DNA from: the human T2T-CHM13v2.0 reference genome, Homo sapiens
NCBI RefSeq assembly: GCF_009914755.1
Contig: NC_060926.1
Length of the DNA: 64,000 nucleotides
Direction: 5' to 3' (one strand)
Numbering within the stretch: the first letter of the stretch is position 1; each line of letters starts with the position of its first letter. The notes under the pieces are model-generated. The model searched no databases, had not been told where the DNA came from, and saw only the letters and a program-made list of their open reading frames with translations. Made by a program: the position numbers and the translations under genes. Shown here piece after piece: positions 23,454 through 35,400 of this stretch.

Positions 23454-26400
23454 GGTGGCTTGGCTGGCTTGGCTGGCTTGGTGGCTTGGCTTGCTTGGCT
23501 GGCTGGGAGGCTTGGCTGGCTTGGCTGGCTGGGAGGCTTGGCTGGCTGGGTGGCTGGCTGGCTTGGCTGGCTTGGGTGGCTGGCTGCCTGGCTGGCTGAT
23601 GGGCTTGGCTGGCTTGGCTGGCTGGGTGGCTTGGCTGGCTGGGTGGCTTGGCTGGTTTGGCTAGCTGGCTGGCTGGGTAGCTTGGCTAGCCGGCTGGCTT
23701 GGCTGGTTGGCTGGCTTGGCTGGCTTGGCTAGCCGGCTGGCTTAGTTGGCTGGATGGCTTGGCTGGCATGCCTGGCTTGGCTGGCTGGCTGGCGTGGCTG
23801 GCTTGGCTGCCTGGCTGGCTTGGCTGACATGCCTGGCTTTGCTTGCTGGCTGGCTTGGCTGGCTTGGCTGCCTGCCTGGCTTGGCTGCCTGGCTGGCTTG
23901 GCTAGCATGCCTGTCTTGGCTGGTTGGCGGGTTTGGCTGGCTTGGCTGTCTGGGCTGGCTGACTGGCTTGGCTGGCTTGGATGTTCGGGTGACTTGGCTG
24001 GCTTGAGTGGCTGAGAGGATTGCCTAGCTTGGCTGGCCGGCTGGCTTGGCAGGCTGGCTGTCTTGGCTGGCTTGGCTCGCTGGCTGGCTGGCTGGCTGGC
24101 TGGCGGGCCTGGCTGGCTAGGTGGCTTGGCTGGCTTGGCTGGCTGGGTGGCTTGGCTGGTTTTGCTGGCTGGGAGGCTTGGCTGGCTTGGCTGGCTGGCT
24201 GGCTGACTGACTTGGCTGGCTTGGCTGGCTTGGCTGGCTGGCTTGGATGGCCGGGTGGCTTGTCTGGCTTGGCTGGCTAGCTGGCTTAGCCGGGGGGATG
24301 GCTTGGCTGGCATGCCTGGCTTGGCTGGCTGGCTGGTTTTTCTGGCTTGGCTGCCTAGCTGGCTTGGCTGGCCTGCCTGGCTTTGCTTGCTGCCTGGCTT
24401 GGCTGGCTTGGCTGCCTGGCTGGCTTGGCTGGCATGCCTGTCTTGGCTGGCTGGCGGGCTTGACTGGCTTGGCTGGCTTGGCTGCCTGGCTGGCTTGGCT
24501 GGCTTGGCTAGCTGGCTGGCTGGCTGGCGGGCCTGGCTGGCTAGGTGGCTTGGCTGGCTTGGCTGGCTGGGTGGCTTGGCTGGCTTGGCTGGGTGGGAGG
24601 CTTGGCTGGCTTGGCTGTCTGGGAGGCTTGGCTGGCTGGGTGGCTGGGTGGCTGGCTGGCTTGGCTGGCTTGGCTGGCTTGGGTGGCTGGCTGCCTGGCT
24701 GGCTGATGGGCTTGGCTGGCTTGGCTTGCTGGGTGGCTTGGCTGGCTGGGTGGCTTGGCTGGTTTGGCTAGCAGGCTGGCTGGGTAGCTTGGCTAGCTGG
24801 CTGGCTTGGCTGGTTGGCTGGCTTGGCTGGCTTGGCTAGCCGGCTGGCTTAGTTGGCTGGATGGCTTGGCTGGCATGCCTGGCTTGGCTGGCTGGCTGGC
24901 TTGGCTGCCTAGCTGGCTTGGCTGACATGCCTGGCTTTGCTTGCTGGCTGGCTTGGCTGGCTTGGCTGCCTGGCTGGCTTGGCTGCCTGGCTGGCTTGGC
25001 TAGCATGCCTGTCTTGGCTGGTTGGCGGGCTTGGCTGGCTTGGCTGGCTTGGCTGGCTTGGCTGTCTGGGCTGGCTGACTGGCTTGGCTGGCTTGGATGG
25101 TCGGGTGACTTGGCTGGCTTGAGTGGCTCAGTGGATTGCCTAGCTTGGCTGGCCGGCTGGCTTGGCAGGCTGGCTGGCTTGGGTGGCTTGGCTCGCTGGC
25201 TGGCTGGCTGGTGGGCCTGGCTGGCTAAGTGGCTTGGCTGGCTGGGCTGGCTGGGTGGCTTGGTTGGTTTTGCTGGCTGGGAGGCTTGGCTGTCTTGGCT
25301 GGCTGGCTGGCTGACTGACTTGGCTGGCTTGGCTGGCTTGGCTGGCTTGGCTGGCTGGCTTGGATGGCCGGGTGGCTTGTCTGGCTTGGCTGGCCAGCTG
25401 GCTTAGCCGGCTGGATGGCTTGGCTGGCATGCCTGGCTTGGCTGGCTGGCTGGTTTTGCTGGCTTGGCTGCCTAGCTGGCTTGGCTGGCCTGCCTGGCTT
25501 TGCTTGCTGCCTGGCTTGGCTGGCTTGGCTGCCTGGCTGGCTTGGCTGGCATGCCTGTCTTGGCTGGCTGGCGGGCTTGACTGGCTTGGCTGGCTTGGCT
25601 GCCTGGCTGGCTTGGCTGGCTTGGCTAGCTGGCTGGCTGGCTGGCGGGCCTGGCTGGCTAGGTGGCTTGGCTGGCTTGGCTGGCTGGGTGGCTTGGCTGG
25701 CTTGGCTGGCTGTGAGGCTTGGCTGGCTTGGCTGGCTGGGAGGCTTCGCTGGCTGGGTGGCTGGCTGGCTTGGCTGGCTTGGCTGGCTTGGGTGGCTGGC
25801 TGCCTGGCTGGCTGATGGGCTTGGCTGGCTTGGCTGGCTGGGTGGCTTGGCTGGCTGGGTGGCTTGGCTGGTTTGGCTAGCTGGCTGGCTGGGTAGCTTG
25901 GCTAGCTGGCTGGCTTGGCTGGTTGGCTGGCTTGGCTGGCTTGGCTAGCCGGCTGGCTTAGTTGGCTGGATGGCTTGGCTGGCATGCCTGGCTTGGCTGG
26001 CTGGCTGGCTTGGCTGGCTTGGCTGCCTGGCTGGCTTGGCTGACATGCCTGGCTTTGCTTGCTGGCTGGCTTGGCTGGCTTGGCTGCCTGGCTGGCTTGG
26101 CTAGCATGCCTGTCTTGGCTGGTTGGCGGGCTTGGCTGGCTTGGCTGGCTTGGCTGGCTTGGCTGTCTGGGCTGGCTGATTGGCTTGGCTGGCTTGGATG
26201 GTCGGGTGACTTGGCTGGCTTGAGTGGCTGAGTGGATTGCCTAGCTTGGCTGGCCGGCTGGCTTGGCAGGCTGGCTGGCTTGGCTGGCTTGGCTCGCTGG
26301 CTGGCTGGCTGGCTGGCTGGCGGGCCTGGCTGGCTAGGTGGCTTGGCTGGCTTGGCTGGCTGGGTGGCTTGGCTGGTTTTGCTGGCTGTGAGGCTTGGCT

Positions 26401-29400
26401 GGCTTGGCTGGCTGGCTGGCTGACTGACTTGGCTGGCTTGGCTGGCTTGGCTGGCTGGCTTGGATGGCCGGGTGGCTTGTCTGGTTTGGCTGGCCAGCTG
26501 GCTTAGCCGGCTGGATGGCTTGGCTGGCATGCCTGGCTTGGCTGGCTGGCTGGTTTTGCTGGCTTGGCTGCCTGGCTGGCTTGGCTGGCCTGCCTGGCTT
26601 TGCTTGCTGCCTGGCTTGGCTGGCTTGGCTGCCTGGCTGGCTTGGCTGGCATGCCTGTCTTGGCTGGCTGGCGGGCTTGACTGGCTTGGCTGGCTTGGCT
26701 GCCTGGCTGGCTTGGCTGGCTTGGCTACCTGGCTGGCTGGCTGACTGGCGGGCCTGGCTGGCTAGGTGGCTTGGCTGGCTTGGCTGGCTGGGTGGCTTGG
26801 CTGGCTTGGCTGGCAGGGAGGCTTGGCTGGCTTGGCTGTCTGGGAGGCTTGGCTGGCTGGGTGGCTGGCTGGCTTGGCTGGCTTGGCTGGCTTGGCTGGC
26901 TTGGGTGGCTGGCTGCCTGGCTGGCTGATTGGCTTGGCTGGCTTGGCTGGCTGGGTGGCTTGGCTGGCTGGGTGGCTTGGCTGGTTTGGCTAGCTGGCTG
27001 GCTGGGTAGCTTGGCTAGCTGGCTGGCTTGGCTGGTTGGCTGGCTTGGCTGGCTTGGCTAGCCGGCTGGCTTAGTTGGCTGGATGGCTTGGCTGGCATGT
27101 CTGGCTTGGCTGGCTGGCTGGCTTGGCTGGCTTGGCTGCCTGGCTGGCTTGGCTAGCATGCCTGTCTTGGCTGGTTGGCGGGCTTGGCTGGCTTGGCTGC
27201 CTTGGCTGGCTTGGCTGTCTGGGCTGGCTGACTGGCTTGGCTGGCTTGGATGGTCGGGTGACTTGGCTGGCTTGAGTGGCTGAGTGGATTGCCTAGCTTG
27301 GCTGGCCGGCTGGCTTGGCAGGCTGGCTGGCTTGGCTGGCTTGGCTCGCTGGCTGGCTGGCTGGCTGGCTGGCGGGCCTGGCTGGCTAGGTGGCTTGGCT
27401 GGCTTGGCTGGCTGGGTGGCTTGGCTGGTTTTGCTGGCTGTGAGGCTTGGCTGGCTTGGCTGGCTGGCTGGCTGACTGACTTGGCTGGCTTGGCTGGCTT
27501 GGCTGGCTGGCTTGGATGGCCGGGTGGCTTGTCTGGCTAGGCTGGCCAGCTGGCTTAGCCGGCTGGATGGCTTGGCTGGCATGCCTGGCTTGGCTGGCTG
27601 GCTGGTTTTGCTGGCTTGGCTGCCGGGCTGGCTTAGCTGGCCTGCCTGGCTTTGCTTGCTGTCTGGCTTGGCTGGCTTGGCTGCCTGGCTGGCTTGGCTG
27701 GCATGCCTGTCTTGGCTGGCTGGCGGGCTTGACTGGCTTGGCTGGCTTGGCTGCCTGGCTGGCTTGGCTGGCTTGGCTAGCTGGCTGGCTGGCTGGCGGG
27801 CCTGGCTGGCTAGGTGGCTTGGCTGGCTTGGCTGGCTGGGTGGCTTGGCTGGCTTGGCTGGCTGGGAGGCTTGGCTGGCTTGGCTGTCTGGGAGGCTTGG
27901 CTGGCTGGGTGGCTGGCTGGCTTGGCTGGCTTGGCTGGCTTGGCTGGCTTGGGTGGCTGGCTGCCTGGCTGGCTGATTGGCTTGGCTGGCTTGGCTGGCT
28001 GGGTGGCTTGGCTGGCTGGGTGGCTTGGCTGGTTTGGCTAGCTGGCTGGCTGGGTAGCTTGGCTAGCTGGCTGGCTTGGCTGGTTGGCTGCCTTGGCTGG
28101 CTTGGCTAGCCGGCTGGCTTAGTTGGCTGGATGGCTTGGCTGGCATGCCTGGCTTGGCTGGCTGGCTGGCTTGGCTGGCTTGGCTGCCTGGCTGGCTTGG
28201 CTGACATGCCTGGCTTTGCTTGCTGGCTGGCTTGGCTGGCTTGGCTGCCTGGCTGGCTTGGCTAGCATGCCTGTCTTGGCTGGTTGGCGGGCTTGGCTGG
28301 CTTGGCTGGCTTGGCTGGCTTGGCTGTCTGGGCTGGCTGACTGGCTTGGCTGGCTTGGATGGTCGGGTGACTTGGCTGGCTTGAGTGGCTGAGTGGATTG
28401 CCTAGCTTGGCTGGCCGGCTGGCTTGGCAGGCTGGCTGGCTTGGCTGGCTTGGCTCGCTGGCTGGCTGGCTGGCGGGCCTGGCTGGCTAGGTGGCTTGGC
28501 TGGCTTGGCTGGCTGGGTGGCTTGGCTGGTTTTGCTGGCTGGGAGGCTTGGCTGTCTTGGCTGGCTGGCTGGCTGACTGACTTGGCTGGCTTGGCTGGCT
28601 TGGCTGGCTTGGCTGGCTGGCTTGGATGGCCGGGTGGCTTGTCTGGCTTGGCTGGCCAGCTGGCTTAGCCGGCTGGATGGCTTGGCTGGCATGCCTGGCT
28701 TGGCTGGCTGGCTGGTTTTGCTGGCTTGGCTGCCTAGCTGGCTTGGCTGGCCTGCCTGGCTTTGCTTGCTGCCTGGCTTGGCTGGCTTGGCTGCCTGGCT
28801 GGCTTGGCTGGCATGCCTGTCTTGGCTGGCGGGCGGGCTTGACTGGCTTGGCTGGCTTGGCTGCCTGGCTGGCTTGGCTGGCTTGGCTAGCTGGCTGGCT
28901 GGCTGGCGGGCCTGGCTGGCTAGGTGGCTTGGCTGGCTTGGCTGGCTGGGTGGCTTGGCTGGTTTTGCTGGCTGGGAGGCTTGGCTGGCTTGGCTGGCTG
29001 GCTGGTTGACTGACTTGGCTGGCTTGGCTGGCTTGGCTGGCTGGCTTGGATGGCCGGGTGGCTTGTCTGGCTTGGCTGGCCAGCTGGCTTAGCCGGCTGG
29101 ATGGCTTGGCTGGCATGCCTGGCTTGGCTGGGTGGCTGGTTTTGCTGGCTTGGCTGCCTGGCTGGCTTGGCTGGCCTGCCTGGCTTTGCTTGCTGCCTGG
29201 TTTGGCTGGCTTGGCTGCCTGGCTGGCTTGGCTGGCATGCCTGTCTTGGCTGGCTGGCGGGCTTGACTGGCTTGGCTGGCTTGGCTGCCTGGCTGGCTTG
29301 GCTGGCTTGGCTAGCTGGCTGGCTGGCTGGCGGGCCTGGCTGGCTAGGTGGCTTGGCTGGCTTGGCTGGCTGGGAGGATTGGCTGGCTTGGCTGGCTGGG

Positions 29401-32400
29401 AGGCTTGGCTGGCTTGGCTGGCTGGGTGGCTTGGCTGGCTTGGCTGGCTGGGAGGCTTCGCTGGCTTGGCTGTCTGGGAGGCTTGGCTGGCTGGGTGGCT
29501 GGCTGGCTTGGCTGGCTTGGCTGGCTTGGTTGGCTTGGGTGGCTGGCTGCCTGGCTGGCTGATTGGCTTGGCTGGCTTGGCTGGCTGGGTGTCTTGGCTG
29601 GCTGGGTGGCTTGGCTGGTTTGGCTAGCTTGCTGGCTGGGTAGCTTGGCTAGCTGGCTGGCTTGGCTGGTTGGCTGGCTTGGCTGGCTTGGCTAGCCGGC
29701 TGGCTTAGTTGGCTGGATGGCTTGGCTGGCATGCCTGGCTTGGCTGGCTGGCTGGCTTGGCTGGCTTGGCTGCCTGGCTGGCTTGGCTGACATGCCTGGC
29801 TTTGCTTGCTGGCTGGCTTGGCTGGCTTGGCTGCCTGGCTGGCTTGGCTAGCATGCCTGTCTTGGCTGGTTGGCGGGCTTGACTGGCTTGGCTGGCTTGG
29901 CTGGCTTGGCTGTCTGGGCTGGCTGACTGGCTTGGCTGGCTTGGACGGTCGGGTGACTTGGCTGGCTTGAGTGGCTGAGTGGATTGCCTAGCTTGGCTGG
30001 CCGGCTGGCTTGGCAGGCTGGCTGGCTTGGCTGGCTTGGCTCGCTGGCTGGCTGGTTGGCAGGCCTGGCTGGCTAGGTGGCTTGGCTGGCTTGGCTGGCT
30101 GGGTGGCTTGGATGGTTTTGCTGGCTGGGAGGCTTGGCTGGCTTGGCTGGCTGGCTGGTTGACTGACTTGGCTGGCTTGGCTGGCTTGGCTGGCTTGGCT
30201 GGCTGGCTTGGATGGCCGGGTGGCTTGTCTGGCTTGGCTGGCCAGCTGGCTTAGCCGGCTGGATGGCTTGGCTGGCATGCCTGGCTTGGCTGGCTGGCTG
30301 GTTTTTCTGGCTTGGCTGTCTAGCTGGCTTGGCTGGCCTGCCTGGCTTTGCTTGCTGCCTGGCTTGGCTGGCTTGGCTGCCTGGCTAGCTTGGCTGGCAT
30401 GCCTGTCTTGGCTGGCTGGCGGGCTTGACTGGCTTGGCTGGCTTGGCTGCCTGGCTGGCTTGGCTGGCTTGGCTAGCTGGCTGGCTGGGTGGCGGGCCTG
30501 GCTGGCTAGGTGGCTTGGCTGGCTTGGCTGGCTTGGTGGCTTGGCTTGCTTGGCTGGCTGGGAGGCTTGGCTGGCTTGGCTGGCTGGGAGGCTTGGCTGG
30601 CTGGGTGGCTGGCTGGCTTGGCTGGCTTGGGTGGCTGGCTGCCTGGCTGGCTGATGGGCTTGGCTGGCTTGGCTGGCTGGGTGGCTTGGCTGGCTGGGTG
30701 GCTTGGCTGGTTTGGCTAGCTGGCTGGCTGGGTAGCTTGGCTAGCCGGCTGGCTTGGCTGGTTGGCTGGCTTGGCTGGCTTGGCTAGCCGGCTGGCTTAG
30801 TTGGCTGGATGGCTTGGCTGGCATGCCTGGCTTGGCTGGCTGGCTGGCGTGGCTGGCTTGGCTGCCTGGCTGGCTTGGCTGACATGCCTGGCTTTGCTTG
30901 CTGGCTGGCTTGGCTGGCTTGGCTGCCTGCCTGGCTTGGCTGCCTGGCTGGCTTGGCTAGCATGCCTGTCTTGGCTGGTTGGCGGGCTTGGCTGGCTTGG
31001 CTGTCTGGGCTGGCTGACTGGCTTGGCTGGCTTGGATGTTCGGGTGACTTGGCTGGCTTGAGTGGCTGAGAGGATTGCCTAGCTTGGCTGGCCGGCTGGC
31101 TTGGCAGGCTGGCTGTCTTGGCTGGCTTGGCTCGCTGGCTGGCTGGCTGGCTGGCTGGCGGGCCTGGCTGGCTAGGTGGCTTGGCTGGCTTGGCTGGCTG
31201 GGTGGCTTGGCTGGTTTTGCTGGCTGGGAGGCTTGGCTGGCTTGGCTGGCTGGCTGGCTGACTGACTTGGCTGGCTTGGCTGGCTTGGCTGGCTGGCTTG
31301 GATGGCCGGGTGGCTTGTCTGGCTTGGCTGGCTAGCTGGCTTAGCCGGGGGGATGGCTTGGCTGGCATGCCTGGCTTGGCTGGCTGGCTGGTTTTTCTGG
31401 CTTGGCTGCCTAGCTGGCTTGGCTGGCCTGCCTGGCTTTGCTTGCTGCCTGGCTTGGCTGGCTTGGCTGCCTGGCTGGCTTGGCTGGCATGCCTGTCTTG
31501 GCTGGCTGGCGGGCTTGACTGGCTTGGCTGGCTTGGCTGCCTGGCTGGCTTGGCTGGCTTGGCTAGCTGGCTGGCTGGCTGGCGGGCCTGGCTGGCTAGG
31601 TGGCTTGGCTGGCTTGGCTGGCTGGGTGGCTTGGCTGGCTTGGCTGGGTGGGAGGCTTGGCTGGCTTGGCTGTCTGGGAGGCTTGGCTGGCTGGGTGGCT
31701 GGGTGGCTGGCTGGCTTGGCTGGCTTGGCTGGCTTGGGTGGCTGGCTGCCTGGCTGGCTGATGGGCTTGGCTGGCTTGGCTTGCTGGGTGGCTTGGCTGG
31801 CTGGGTGGCTTGGCTGGTTTGGCTAGCAGGCTGGCTGGGTAGCTTGGCTAGCTGGCTGGCTTGGCTGGTTGGCTGGCTTGGCTGGCTTGGCTAGCCGGCT
31901 GGCTTAGTTGGCTGGATGGCTTGGCTGGCATGCCTGGCTTGGCTGGCTGGCTGGCTTGGCTGCCTAGCTGGCTTGGCTGACATGCCTGGCTTTGCTTGCT
32001 GGCTGGCTTGGCTGGCTTGGCTGCCTGGCTGGCTTGGCTGCCTGGCTGGCTTGGCTAGCATGCCTGTCTTGGCTGGTTGGCGGGCTTGGCTGGCTTGGCT
32101 GGCTTGGCTGGCTTGGCTGTCTGGGCTGGCTGACTGGCTTGGCTGGCTTGGATGGTCGGGTGACTTGGCTGGCTTGAGTGGCTCAGTGGATTGCCTAGCT
32201 TGGCTGGCCGGCTGGCTTGGCAGGCTGGCTGGCTTGGGTGGCTTGGCTCGCTGGCTGGCTGGCTGGTGGGCCTGGCTGGCTAAGTGGCTTGGCTGGCTGG
32301 GCTGGCTGGGTGGCTTGGTTGGTTTTGCTGGCTGGGAGGCTTGGCTGTCTTGGCTGGCTGGCTGGCTGACTGACTTGGCTGGCTTGGCTGGCTTGGCTGG

Positions 32401-35400
32401 CTTGGCTGGCTGGCTTGGATGGCCGGGTGGCTTGTCTGGCTTGGCTGGCCAGCTGGCTTAGCCGGCTGGATGGCTTGGCTGGCATGCCTGGCTTGGCTGG
32501 CTGGCTGGTTTTGCTGGCTTGGCTGCCTAGCTGGCTTGGCTGGCCTGCCTGGCTTTGCTTGCTGCCTGGCTTGGCTGGCTTGGCTGCCTGGCTGGCTTGG
32601 CTGGCATGCCTGTCTTGGCTGGCTGGCGGGCTTGACTGGCTTGGCTGGCTTGGCTGCCTGGCTGGCTTGGCTGGCTTGGCTAGCTGGCTGGCTGGCTGGC
32701 GGGCCTGGCTGGCTAGGTGGCTTGGCTGGCTTGGCTGGCTGGGTGGCTTGGCTGGCTTGGCTGGCTGTGAGGCTTGGCTGGCTTGGCTGGCTGGGAGGCT
32801 TCGCTGGCTGGGTGGCTGGCTGGCTTGGCTGGCTTGGCTGGCTTGGGTGGCTGGCTGCCTGGCTGGCTGATGGGCTTGGCTGGCTTGGCTGGCTGGGTGG
32901 CTTGGCTGGCTGGGTGGCTTGGCTGGTTTGGCTAGCTGGCTGGCTGGGTAGCTTGGCTAGCTGGCTGGCTTGGCTGGTTGGCTGGCTTGGCTGGCTTGGC
33001 TAGCCGGCTGGCTTAGTTGGCTGGATGGCTTGGCTGGCATGCCTGGCTTGGCTGGCTGGCTGGCTTGGCTGGCTTGGCTGCCTGGCTGGCTTGGCTGACA
33101 TGCCTGGCTTTGCTTGCTGGCTGGCTTGGCTGGCTTGGCTGCCTGGCTGGCTTGGCTAGCATGCCTGTCTTGGCTGGTTGGCGGGCTTGGCTGGCTTGGC
33201 TGGCTTGGCTGGCTTGGCTGTCTGGGCTGGCTGATTGGCTTGGCTGGCTTGGATGGTCGGGTGACTTGGCTGGCTTGAGTGGCTGAGTGGATTGCCTAGC
33301 TTGGCTGGCCGGCTGGCTTGGCAGGCTGGCTGGCTTGGCTGGCTTGGCTCGCTGGCTGGCTGGCTGGCTGGCTGGCGGGCCTGGCTGGCTAGGTGGCTTG
33401 GCTGGCTTGGCTGGCTGGGTGGCTTGGCTGGTTTTGCTGGCTGTGAGGCTTGGCTGGCTTGGCTGGCTGGCTGGCTGACTGACTTGGCTGGCTTGGCTGG
33501 CTTGGCTGGCTGGCTTGGATGGCCGGGTGGCTTGTCTGGTTTGGCTGGCCAGCTGGCTTAGCCGGCTGGATGGCTTGGCTGGCATGCCTGGCTTGGCTGG
33601 CTGGCTGGTTTTGCTGGCTTGGCTGCCTGGCTGGCTTGGCTGGCCTGCCTGGCTTTGCTTGCTGCCTGGCTTGGCTGGCTTGGCTGCCTGGCTGGCTTGG
33701 CTGGCATGCCTGTCTTGGCTGGCTGGCGGGCTTGACTGGCTTGGCTGGCTTGGCTGCCTGGCTGGCTTGGCTGGCTTGGCTACCTGGCTGGCTGGCTGAC
33801 TGGCGGGCCTGGCTGGCTAGGTGGCTTGGCTGGCTTGGCTGGCTGGGTGGCTTGGCTGGCTTGGCTGGCAGGGAGGCTTGGCTGGCTTGGCTGTCTGGGA
33901 GGCTTGGCTGGCTGGGTGGCTGGCTGGCTTGGCTGGCTTGGCTGGCTTGGCTGGCTTGGGTGGCTGGCTGCCTGGCTGGCTGATTGGCTTGGCTGGCTTG
34001 GCTGGCTGGGTGGCTTGGCTGGCTGGGTGGCTTGGCTGGTTTGGCTAGCTGGCTGGCTGGGTAGCTTGGCTAGCTGGCTGGCTTGGCTGGTTGGCTGGCT
34101 TGGCTGGCTTGGCTAGCCGGCTGGCTTAGTTGGCTGGATGGCTTGGCTGGCATGTCTGGCTTGGCTGGCTGGCTGGCTTGGCTGGCTTGGCTGCCTGGCT
34201 GGCTTGGCTAGCATGCCTGTCTTGGCTGGTTGGCGGGCTTGGCTGGCTTGGCTGCCTTGGCTGGCTTGGCTGTCTGGGCTGGCTGACTGGCTTGGCTGGC
34301 TTGGATGGTCGGGTGACTTGGCTGGCTTGAGTGGCTGAGTGGATTGCCTAGCTTGGCTGGCCGGCTGGCTTGGCAGGCTGGCTGGCTTGGCTGGCTTGGC
34401 TCGCTGGCTGGCTGGCTGGCTGGCTGGCGGGCCTGGCTGGCTAGGTGGCTTGGCTGGCTTGGCTGGCTGGGTGGCTTGGCTGGTTTTGCTGGCTGTGAGG
34501 CTTGGCTGGCTTGGCTGGCTGGCTGGCTGACTGACTTGGCTGGCTTGGCTGGCTTGGCTGGCTGGCTTGGATGGCCGGGTGGCTTGTCTGGCTAGGCTGG
34601 CCAGCTGGCTTAGCCGGCTGGATGGCTTGGCTGGCATGCCTGGCTTGGCTGGCTGGCTGGTTTTGCTGGCTTGGCTGCCGGGCTGGCTTAGCTGGCCTGC
34701 CTGGCTTTGCTTGCTGCCTGGCTTGGCTGGCTTGGCTGCCTGGCTGGCTTGGCTGGCATGCCTGTCTTGGCTGGCTGGCGGGCTTGACTGGCTTGGCTGG
34801 CTTGGCTGCCTGGCTGGCTTGGCTGGCTTGGCTAGCTGGCTGGCTGGCTGGCGGGCCTGGCTGGCTAGGTGGCTTGGCTGGCTTGGCTGGCTGGGTGGCT
34901 TGGCTGGCTTGGCTGGCTGGGAGGCTTGGCTGGCTTGGCTGTCTGGGAGGCTTGGCTGGCTGGGTGGCTGGCTGGCTTGGCTGGCTTGGCTGGCTTGGCT
35001 GGCTTGGGTGGCTGGCTGCCTGGCTGGCTGATTGGCTTGGCTGGCTTGGCTGGCTGGGTGGCTTGGCTGGCTGGGTGGCTTGGCTGGTTTGGCTAGCTGG
35101 CTGGCTGGGTAGCTTGGCTAGCTGGCTGGCTTGGCTGGTTGGCTGCCTTGGCTGGCTTGGCTAGCCGGCTGGCTTAGTTGGCTGGATGGCTTGGCTGGCA
35201 TGCCTGGCTTGGCTGGCTGGCTGGCTTGGCTGGCTTGGCTGCCTGGCTGGCTTGGCTGACATGCCTGGCTTTGCTTGCTGGCTGGCTTGGCTGGCTTGGC
35301 TGCCTGGCTGGCTTGGCTAGCATGCCTGTCTTGGCTGGTTGGCGGGCTTGGCTGGCTTGGCTGGCTTGGCTGGCTTGGCTGTCTGGGCTGGCTGACTGGC